35,362 bases of DNA from the IMG/VR virus record IMGVR_UViG_3300009537_000082, positions 1-35,362 of that record. One strand, 5' to 3'. Every line of letters begins with the position of its first letter. Position 1 is the stretch's first letter. Below the pieces are notes generated by a model, which worked only from the letters and a program-made list of their open reading frames with translations, was not told where the DNA came from and ran no database searches. A program made the position numbers and the translations under genes. Below are positions 1 to 5,459 of the stretch, piece after piece. The stretch is from a virus.

Positions 1-99
1 GGGGAATCTTCAACAGTGATACAAGGTATCCCATCACGATCTTCTACGTTTTCAATGTTTTGCCAGCCTCCATCATTATCCAAATATAAAACTACATCA
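1..99. repeat. 99-nt terminal direct repeat, identical to 35264..35362 (circularisation overlap or short terminal redundancy)
   Basis: Base-by-base comparison shows 1-99 equals 35264-35362. Unique sequence length is 35263 nt. Confidence 0.95.
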
Positions 100-146
100 T
101 ATTCGTCAAAGTTGCGTAACTTATTAATTAGATCTTTAACTATCAT
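1..146 (-). CDS. hypothetical small protein (about 56 aa), 5' part; the ORF crosses the window junction
   Basis: ATG at 146 with AAGGAG 6 nt upstream. With the ends joined it reads MIVKDLINKLRNFDEYDVVLYLDNDGGWQNIENVEDRDGIPCITVEDSPLFSES and stops at the TAG at 35245-35247. Confidence 0.55.
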   Translation of the reverse strand, partial: MIVKDLINKLRNFDEYDVVLYLDNDGGWQNIENVEDRDGIPCITVEDS

Positions 147-325
147 AATAACTCCTTTTCTCTTGTAGCTTTCATTGTGTACATTGTCTCTTCCTGTTTA
201 GTGTTTCTTTTAATGTGGACATTCCTGAGACATAATTCTCCCAAGGGTGGATAGCAATAAGGTTTAGACCTTAAAGAACTATCACTGTATCCATATTACT
301 TATTAATAAAAGTACTTAGAAGAAA

Positions 326-463
326 GGTTGTAGACAGGACTCGAACCCGCATAATAGCTTTAAGCATTGTTAATCAGCCCTAACCTATTAGGAAACGCTG
401 AGGCTATTATTTTAACTTCTTTCAATGCGTTGAAGTTGTGTCTACCAATTCCACCACTACAAC
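326..463 (-). tRNA. tRNA-like gene, atypically long (138 nt); anticodon not assignable by eye
   Basis: Minus strand. Acceptor GTTGTAG (463-457) pairs with CTACAAC (333-327). U8 is present. D arm GTGG-AATTGGTAGA-CAC is the type-II Leu-like kind. T arm is GCGGG-TTCGAGT-CCTGT. There are 87 nt between the D and T arms and no encoded CCA. Confidence 0.6.
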
Positions 464-527
464 CTCTCATCTAAATACTCTTACTTGTAATACTAATACC
501 CGCAGAACGGTATTAACTTATCCGGCC

Positions 528-683
528 TTAGTCTGTAGTCTGTTTGGTTAATGCTGCTTCCAGAACTTTCTTTATTGATGACCAGTTTTTTTCTGCTGTA
601 TCAAGATTTGCAGCCATTGGAAATATCCCAAGCCTTACAGCCTCTTTCATTGCAGCAATCAACATTGCGTCTGTTAGTTCCAT
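528..683 (-). CDS. hypothetical small protein (51 aa), below the ORF-track cutoff
   Basis: ATG at 683 with GAGG 6 nt upstream. Translation is MELTDAMLIAAMKEAVRLGIFPMAANLDTAEKNWSSIKKVLEAALTKQTTD. It runs in the same direction as its neighbours. The opposite-strand track ORF 544..741 needs a TTG start and looks like a shadow. Confidence 0.5.
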   Translation of the reverse strand: MELTDAMLIAAMKEAVRLGIFPMAANLDTAEKNWSSIKKVLEAALTKQTTD

Positions 684-858
684 AATTAACCTCACATTCC
701 ACCCATTAACCTTAACCTTTTTACACTTAGTAACACGCTAGTGTAGTCAACCTATATCCGAAGGGTGTGACGATATAGACTGTTTAATGCGCTACGTTAT
801 TCGGAACCAGTTACAAACCGTACCGATCTAGTATTTTGTATTGAGAGAGTAAAAAGTA

Positions 859-889
859 TTGACATGGTAAAAAGTATTTATGCTATACT
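859..889 (+). promoter_or_regulatory. sigma70-type promoter with extended -10 (TTGACA, 19-nt spacer, TGcTATACT)
   Basis: TTGACA at 859-864 and TGCTATACT at 881-889. The 13-mer TTATGCTATACTT is shared with the minus-strand promoter at 32222-32250. A 12-nt direct repeat GTAAAAAGTATT lies at 849-860 and 867-878. Confidence 0.5.
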
Positions 890-895
890 TCTATC

Positions 896-1012
896 ACATC
901 TAGTTCCTTCTCCCAAGAAACCACTAGATATTTCAATCTTACCCCATGTTGTTTTCACTAGCAACTAAGATTGTAAGCCGTACCCCTAGCGGTGAAACTA
1001 GGGGATTTTATT
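896..1012 (+). ncRNA. candidate small non-coding RNA (about 117 nt, or about 152 nt if it reads to the second terminator)
   Basis: Predicted start near A896, 7 nt after the -10. Hairpin 1 is ATCTAGT/ACTAGAT (898-929). Hairpin 2 is CAATCTTA/TAAGATTG (934-973). The terminator hairpin is at 983-1012. The only ORF is 38 aa and has no RBS. Confidence 0.4.
983..1012 (+). terminator. rho-independent terminator (plus strand)
   Basis: CCCCTAG-cggtgaaa-CTAGGGG followed by ATTTTATT. Confidence 0.6.
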
Positions 1013-1208
1013 CATCACTTTTGCCGGACTCACCCTCCGGCTTTTTTAATCCCATGTAAATTGAATCGCTTGATTGTGAAATAACAACATCGCCAATCTT
1101 CAGTTTTACTTTAATTTTTGCTGGCTCATCAAACATTGGACAATCCGTTTCAACATCAACAGAGAGGTTGTCAGCTAGGTATTTTATAACATCATCAAAT
1201 TCACTCAT
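1008..1208 (-). CDS. hypothetical protein (66 aa from ATG 1208; GTG 1217 is an alternative start)
   Basis: ORF track entry 1008..1217. AAGGTGA and GGAGGG lie upstream. The first codons and RBS are identical to those of the next gene (25-nt repeat). Confidence 0.6.
   Translation of the reverse strand: MSEFDDVIKYLADNLSVDVETDCPMFDEPAKIKVKLKIGDVVISQSSDSIYMGLKKPEGESGKSDE
1023..1047 (+). terminator. second rho-independent terminator (plus strand), antisense inside CDS 1008..1208
   Basis: GCCGGA-ctcaccc-TCCGGC followed by TTTTTT. On the minus strand the hairpin is preceded, not followed, by the homopolymer run. Confidence 0.6.
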
Positions 1209-1235
1209 ATCATTCACCTTTGCCCTCCGGCTTTT

Positions 1236-1622
1236 TTAATAAACATATTCAACTTTTACCGGCATCCTTATTCTTTCTTTTTGCCCTGGGTATTTATGTG
1301 TTTTGCTGCACTTTAATAAAATCATGCCGAATACTGTTGCGTGTCTCATTTTACCGATGGTATATCTAATTGACTTAACCTTGCTCCAGTCTTTCGGCTC
1401 AGTGCTTACACAAAAACTTTGCATGGTAACAATTCCTATTAATGCTTTTTGCAACATTTCAATCGTGAATAGCATGGTTCCGTCACCTCCAGATTGACGG
1501 ATTACATTGAAATCACCTTTTTTTAACGTTGGATCATAGGTTATATGTGACACATTCGCTTCAGGCCAGAAACTATCAATCAGCTCCATAGGATTATGCC
1601 TTTCTCTTTTAAATTCACTCAT
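1236..1622 (-). CDS. hypothetical protein (128 aa from ATG 1622)
   Basis: ORF track entry 1236..1631. ATG 1622 is preceded by AAGGTGA. It shares the MSEF N-terminus and the 25-nt leader with 1008..1208. Confidence 0.65.
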   Translation of the reverse strand: MSEFKRERHNPMELIDSFWPEANVSHITYDPTLKKGDFNVIRQSGGDGTMLFTIEMLQKALIGIVTMQSFCVSTEPKDWSKVKSIRYTIGKMRHATVFGMILLKCSKTHKYPGQKERIRMPVKVEYVY

Positions 1623-1623
1623 A

Positions 1624-1800
1624 TCATTCACCTTTTTTAAGTCCTAATTCAATTTTCCGCTTTAGTATTTCCATTATTTCTATTATTTCTATTTTATCGA
1701 GGGCTTCTTTTAATTCATCAACAACGGCTGCAGATTTACCATTGTCAATAAGCCATGATTTAAAACAGGCGTTTATAGCCGCCTCAACAACCTCCTCCAA
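1624..1800 (-). CDS. candidate unannotated small coiled-coil protein (58 aa with TTG start)
   Basis: The open frame fills an otherwise 140-nt gap. Translation ...NGKSAAVVDELKEALDKIEIIEIMEILKRKIELGLKKGE looks protein-like. The stop TGA overlaps the next ATG (TGATATG). The start is uncertain because the only in-frame candidate is TTG 1800 and the SD is poor. Confidence 0.35.
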   Translation of the reverse strand: MEEVVEAAINACFKSWLIDNGKSAAVVDELKEALDKIEIIEIMEILKRKIELGLKKGE

Positions 1801-2009
1801 TGCCTTATTTCTTGGGTTAGCTTTTCGATGGTATCTATGGAGTCTTGAGTATTTCGATTATCAGCCTCAATCTCTTTATCCTTTGTTTCGATCTCATTAA
1901 TGAGCCTACCCAGCAAACCGGTTATCTCTGACGTTTTAACATCCTGAATGACAGAAACTAATCGTTGTTGCATGTTTTTAGCTTCTTCAATTAATTTATC
2001 CATCATCAT
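1773..2009 (-). CDS. hypothetical coiled-coil protein (78 aa)
   Basis: ORF track. Its start overlaps the stop of the upstream gene. Confidence 0.6.
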   Translation of the reverse strand: MMMDKLIEEAKNMQQRLVSVIQDVKTSEITGLLGRLINEIETKDKEIEADNRNTQDSIDTIEKLTQEIRHWRRLLRRL

Positions 2010-2335
2010 TTCCCCTCAATGTATGCGATAGCCGCTAGCGTGACAGCTTCGCTTAACGTTTTGCCGGAAATATTGAATACACATTCACGACGATCATCAG
2101 TATCTTCATCCGTCCAAAATTCAACATGATAAAAGTTTCCAAGCTTGCATATTGAATGACCTGAATTTAATAACATCTCCATCAACTCTAAGCATTGGTC
2201 TGCGTTTTTTAGCGGGTTGTATATATTAGACCCATCAGAGTCAAATTTATCATAATAAACGAGATTATCTCTTGGAATGCTATAAGGGAAATGTCCCATA
2301 TACTCCGCTAACTTTTTAAGCTGTTCTGGTTCCAT
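2006..2335 (-). CDS. hypothetical protein, possibly phage ABA-sandwich-domain-like
   Basis: ORF track. The pattern LAEYMG...NPLKNADQCLELMEML resembles the ABA sandwich family. This is by eye only. Confidence 0.55.
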   Translation of the reverse strand: MEPEQLKKLAEYMGHFPYSIPRDNLVYYDKFDSDGSNIYNPLKNADQCLELMEMLLNSGHSICKLGNFYHVEFWTDEDTDDRRECVFNISGKTLSEAVTLAAIAYIEGK

Positions 2336-2337
2336 CG

Positions 2338-2541
2338 TTATTTCCTCTTTAAATGCTCAAGCAAGTCATCAACAAGTACCCTAATGGCCTGCGTATCCAT
2401 CAATACAGCATAATCAGGTTTACGGTTGTCTCCGCTTCCGAAACGAATAACCAGCCCACAATCCTGCATTTCAAATTGGCCGTGTCCTGATAATAAAGTC
2501 GCGTCTTGGTGTCCTCTTTTGTATTTGACTAATGTGTTCAT
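2338..2541 (-). CDS. hypothetical protein (67 aa)
   Basis: ORF track. Tightly packed in the operon, with ATGA-type overlap to neighbours. Confidence 0.6.
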   Translation of the reverse strand: MNTLVKYKRGHQDATLLSGHGQFEMQDCGLVIRFGSGDNRKPDYAVLMDTQAIRVLVDDLLEHLKRK

Positions 2542-2909
2542 GTGGCCTCCAGTAGTTCAGGGTTTTCGTAAATATTTCCGACAACCTCACAATAAGTTGC
2601 CCACTCTGTACATATTCCAGCGCCAACCCATTCACCTGTTTCTGATTGCTTAACTTGGAAAATGTAATCTTTATCTACAATTTCTGGCCTATACCATTCC
2701 CATGCTTCAAAGGCCAACAGATCAGATTCATAAATCTCTTTACCTTTCTTGTCGAGCAATCCTGTAAACTGCATAAATTCAAAATTATCATTATCTCTTG
2801 AACCAGAATCACATAATTCATCAAAGGTAAAATATTCCAATTCTTGCGGAGTTTCAAATTCCCAATTATTTTTGTACCAGCAACGAAATTTAATATCTCT
2901 CATCCCCAC
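2538..2909 (-). CDS. YopX-family protein
   Basis: IKFRCW..., FMQFTGLLDKKGKEIYESD and EVVGNIYENPELL match the conserved YopX pattern. Confidence 0.75.
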   Translation of the reverse strand: MGMRDIKFRCWYKNNWEFETPQELEYFTFDELCDSGSRDNDNFEFMQFTGLLDKKGKEIYESDLLAFEAWEWYRPEIVDKDYIFQVKQSETGEWVGAGICTEWATYCEVVGNIYENPELLEAT

Positions 2910-3118
2910 CTCCCCCTCAACTGGTTATAAAGTTGCGCTTCCTCTTCATTTGACATTTTCGGTATTTTCCTCGGTTTAGCTGCCACCTTTTTCTTTTTCT
3001 CACTGGCGCAAGTTCTACAAACATTTACTCTTTTAACGCCATAACTTTTCCAATGAAATTCTGTTTCTTCCTGCTCAATTCCTGCGTGCTTACAGTTAGT
3101 TTGGTTGCATATTTTCAT
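2900..3118 (-). CDS. hypothetical Cys-rich, basic protein (72 aa)
   Basis: ORF track. Contains CNQTNC...CRTC cysteines. RBS is GGAGAAGACG before the ATG. Confidence 0.6.
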   Translation of the reverse strand: MKICNQTNCKHAGIEQEETEFHWKSYGVKRVNVCRTCASEKKKKVAAKPRKIPKMSNEEEAQLYNQLRGRWG

Positions 3119-3183
3119 CGTCTTCTCCTATTCCACCACCACTGTTTAAGCTTCTGTAGTTTTATTTTGATGTATTTTTTCAT

Positions 3184-3390
3184 CTAATATTTCTCGCCAC
3201 AAAAAGGGCAAAAGCTAGCAAACAATGCAATAGGTTTCTTTCTGTTTGATTTATCAGCCTTAACAACCGACACCATGACCATCTCTTTACGTAAATTCAT
3301 CCCGCTATTAAATGTGATAGGAATATCAATACGAGCATTATGACCGGCGGCTGAAAGTTTCTCGTTTACCGCCTCTATGCAGTCGCACAT
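3184..3390 (-). CDS. hypothetical protein (68 aa) with CxC...CPFC cysteines
   Basis: ORF track. Adjacent to the HTH gene with a 1-nt gap. Confidence 0.6.
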   Translation of the reverse strand: MCDCIEAVNEKLSAAGHNARIDIPITFNSGMNLRKEMVMVSVVKADKSNRKKPIALFASFCPFCGEKY

Positions 3391-3391
3391 G

Positions 3392-3586
3392 TTATTTCTC
3401 CCCCTTCAATATCTCCAAGAGAGCATTACCAACCTTCCAAGATGGGTTTGTGGTTTTGCCTAGCTTTAAATTAGAAATAAGGTCTTGTGTTACCCCCGTC
3501 TTTTTTTCGATGTCTTTCTGGGTCATGCCGCGAGCTTGTATCTTATTAATAATCGCGCACCAGTCCTTATTTTTTAATTTCTTCAT
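3392..3586 (-). CDS. Cro/XRE-like helix-turn-helix transcriptional regulator (64 aa)
   Basis: GMTQKDIEKKTGVTQDLISNLKLGK is a typical HTH_3-like segment. The gene is transcribed divergently from the plus-strand block. Confidence 0.7.
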   Translation of the reverse strand: MKKLKNKDWCAIINKIQARGMTQKDIEKKTGVTQDLISNLKLGKTTNPSWKVGNALLEILKGEK

Positions 3587-3605
3587 TTTATTTTCTCATA
3601 TTTGG

Positions 3606-3647
3606 TTGCATTATGGTTATTTTAATACTAAAATGTTCATTAATCAA
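3606..3647. promoter_or_regulatory. overlapping divergent sigma70-like promoters (early switch region)
   Basis: Rightward: TTGCAT (3606-3611), 17 nt, TAAAAT (3629-3634). Leftward: TTGATT (3647-3642), 17 nt, TAAAAT (3624-3619). The two -10 boxes form the imperfect palindrome ATTTTAaTAcTAAAAT. Confidence 0.5.
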
Positions 3648-3676
3648 GTAACATTATGAAATTAAAAGGTGATGAT

Positions 3677-3835
3677 ATGAGCGATTGGTATGAAAGAGCA
3701 GAAAAACAACTTGAGGAAGCTTTGGATAATGGCGAAATCAGTGATAGTGAATTTAATGATCAGATGCGTGATCTAAATGCCGAATATGAGCAAGCTAGAC
3801 ATGATGCAGCAGCAGAAGCATACGAAAACTATTAA
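3677..3835 (+). CDS. hypothetical acidic small protein (52 aa)
   Basis: ATG 3677 after AAAGGTGA. Translation is MSDWYERAEKQLEEALDNGEISDSEFNDQMRDLNAEYEQARHDAAAEAYENY. Below the track cutoff. Confidence 0.55.
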   Translation: MSDWYERAEKQLEEALDNGEISDSEFNDQMRDLNAEYEQARHDAAAEAYENY

Positions 3836-3855
3836 TTAAGAAGAACAGGTGACTT

Positions 3856-3954
3856 ATGAAATGGCTTGAAACCGAACTAGCTTACTTACTTAGAATCATT
3901 ATCGTTATCTGTTTTTTGGTGGGTGCGATTGTTATTGCAATATCTGGAGAATGA
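3856..3954 (+). CDS. hypothetical small membrane peptide (32 aa)
   Basis: MKWLETELAYLLRIIIVICFLVGAIVIAISGE has one hydrophobic helix. Packed between neighbouring genes. Confidence 0.35.
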   Translation: MKWLETELAYLLRIIIVICFLVGAIVIAISGE

Positions 3955-3955
3955 A

Positions 3956-4180
3956 ATGAATATATCAGTATTAGAAACGCAATTAGTTATGATTTGGTAT
4001 TTCACTGACACTATTAATGGTTGCCGTGCAGCAGTAGAAACACTGGCAAGACTTGAGCGCACTGTTGACACGATAGAAGCTTCAGACATGATAAACGATG
4101 CAAAAGACTTGGCATTTTACAAAGGTCAAGAAATGCGGTTACGTGATAATCAAATAAGATGGGCGGAGGGTGAAGCATGA
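3956..4180 (+). CDS. hypothetical protein (74 aa from ATG 3956)
   Basis: Track ORF 3923..4180. The in-frame ATG at 3956 follows GGAGAA and avoids overlap with the upstream ORF. Confidence 0.55.
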   Translation: MNISVLETQLVMIWYFTDTINGCRAAVETLARLERTVDTIEASDMINDAKDLAFYKGQEMRLRDNQIRWAEGEA

Positions 4181-4311
4181 ATAATGAAATGGACGCGCTT
4201 TTAGAAAAAGATCGGCTTGATGATAAGCGCCGAGAAGACAAAGAGTACGAAGAAGAAATGTCTGAAGATGAAAACGATGCTTGGGATTGTAATGAGGGAG
4301 ATTATTTATGA
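4177..4311 (+). CDS. hypothetical acidic small protein (44 aa)
   Basis: ATGA overlaps at both ends (4177 and 4308). Translation is MNNEMDALLEKDRLDDKRREDKEYEEEMSEDENDAWDCNEGDYL. Confidence 0.45.
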   Translation: MNNEMDALLEKDRLDDKRREDKEYEEEMSEDENDAWDCNEGDYL

Positions 4312-4571
4312 CTGTAATAAAATACCACGCGCCTTTAGCTTATACTGAAATAAGGACGCGAACAGACGAAGCCGTTAAGCACTGTTCTTATGTAGAACTA
4401 ATGAACGCGCTAATTAACATAGACGATGTGCCGTTTGACCGTGAAGCCCTGATAAAAGAATTTAGAAAAATGTCACAAAGACCAGCACATGACCGAACTG
4501 ATTTTGAATCAACGCTCTTAATGGTCGTTATGCGGGATTTGGAACAAGAAATAATTAACAACGGGAAATAA
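4308..4571 (+). CDS. hypothetical protein (87 aa)
   Basis: ORF track. Operon packing. Confidence 0.6.
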   Translation: MTVIKYHAPLAYTEIRTRTDEAVKHCSYVELMNALINIDDVPFDREALIKEFRKMSQRPAHDRTDFESTLLMVVMRDLEQEIINNGK

Positions 4572-4584
4572 TCTGGAGAAGATA

Positions 4585-4773
4585 ATGTTTGATATAACCG
4601 ACATTAGAAAAATTCAAAATGATCGGCCTGATTTAAGTGATGATCAGGCTAGTGAAGTTTTAGGGTTTTTGATGGATACGTATGCTATAGAGCCTTATAA
4701 CATAACCAACAATCGAAAGCTTTTTAAAGAAACGGCGGATTATATTTATCCAAAGTTAATAGTGAGCGCATAA
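4585..4773 (+). CDS. hypothetical protein (62 aa)
   Basis: ORF track. RBS is GGAGAAGATAATG, the initiation motif that recurs in this genome. Confidence 0.6.
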   Translation: MFDITDIRKIQNDRPDLSDDQASEVLGFLMDTYAIEPYNITNNRKLFKETADYIYPKLIVSA

Positions 4774-4812
4774 AGCAATTTTGCAACAGCGCATAAAATA
4801 GAGGAAAAGAAA

Positions 4813-5418
4813 ATGCCATTAAATGTAAAAGATACCGGCGGCGGTCAAGATTTTGATCCTGTGCCACAAGGAACTCATGCGGCAGTTTGTTATTTGGTTG
4901 CTGACATTGGTATGCAGCCAACAACATACGGGGATAAGCATAAAGTTATTATCGGATTTGAGTTACCAGACAATCAAATTGAATACAAAGATAAGGACGG
5001 GAAAACAGTTAAAGCACCGATGATTATTAATAACTTCTACACGGCTTCATTGTCATCAAAAGCAATCCTTACCGGTGATTTAGAGGGATGGAGAGGACGA
5101 TCATTTACAAAGGATGAACTGAAAGGATTTAACTTGTTTAACGTGCTAGGGAAACCCTGTGTCATTACTGTTGTGCATAATGTTGTAGGTGATAAGACTT
5201 ATGCAAATATTAAAAGCATCGGCCAGATCATGAAAGGCATGGAAGTGGCGCCAGCTACTCGATTGCTGAAATATTCGCCCGATGAGCCGCAGCAATATGA
5301 AGAATTGCCTGAGTGGATTCAAAAGAAAATCGGCGGAGCTATTACGGAAAAGCCGCAAGGTCATCCGCAAAGTGAAAATCCTGCACCTATGGATTTCGAC
5401 GACGACATTCCTTTTTAA
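4813..5418 (+). CDS. single-stranded DNA-binding protein, DUF669-type, with a bacterial SSB C-terminal tip
   Basis: N-terminal pattern G..FDPVPQG.H.AV...D.G resembles DUF669. The C-terminus PMDFDDDIPF is identical to the E. coli SSB tail. Confidence 0.75.
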   Translation: MPLNVKDTGGGQDFDPVPQGTHAAVCYLVADIGMQPTTYGDKHKVIIGFELPDNQIEYKDKDGKTVKAPMIINNFYTASLSSKAILTGDLEGWRGRSFTKDELKGFNLFNVLGKPCVITVVHNVVGDKTYANIKSIGQIMKGMEVAPATRLLKYSPDEPQQYEELPEWIQKKIGGAITEKPQGHPQSENPAPMDFDDDIPF

Positions 5419-5424
5419 TTATTG

Positions 5425-5446
5425 GCTCCCCTCGGGGAGCAACTTT
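5425..5446 (+). terminator. stem-loop after the SSB gene (weak terminator or attenuator)
   Basis: GCTCCC-ctcg-GGGAGC followed by AACTTT. The U-tract is poor. Confidence 0.35.
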
Positions 5447-5459
5447 AAGGAAAACAATA

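Noticed and set aside
217-233. GGACAT and AGACAT half-site-like hexamers 11 bp apart upstream of the junction ORF, plus ACATTGTCT at 181-189
   Set aside because: They resemble halves of the GACATGTC operator, but they are direct rather than inverted repeats. No convincing -35/-10 pair is nearby, and 6-mers recur by chance.
494-515. Hairpin TAATACC-N8-GGTATTA between the small ORF and the tRNA-like gene
   Set aside because: It has a 7-bp AT-rich stem and no U-tract on the transcribed strand. That is not enough for a terminator call.
544-741. Track ORF of 65 aa on the plus strand
   Set aside because: It needs a TTG start, has no SD and has an odd Phe/Ile/Ser-rich composition. It is the mirror of a minus-strand 51-aa ORF (528..683) that has ATG plus GAGG and matches the local gene orientation.
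946-1062. 38-aa plus-strand ORF inside the candidate sRNA
   Set aside because: There is no Shine-Dalgarno upstream (caatcttacccc before the ATG). It runs through two terminator hairpins. A non-coding RNA is more likely.
1776-1857. Programmed -1 frameshift joining 1773..2009 to the downstream open frame
   Set aside because: No X XXY YYZ slippery heptamer or obvious downstream structure appears in the overlap. It is kept only as an alternative in the finding on that ORF.
3115-3183. 22-aa ORF (MKKYIKIKLQKLKQWWWNRRRR) exactly bridging two genes, with overlapping start and stop
   Set aside because: It is too short and too low in complexity to call from sequence. It could be a coupling peptide but is not supported further.
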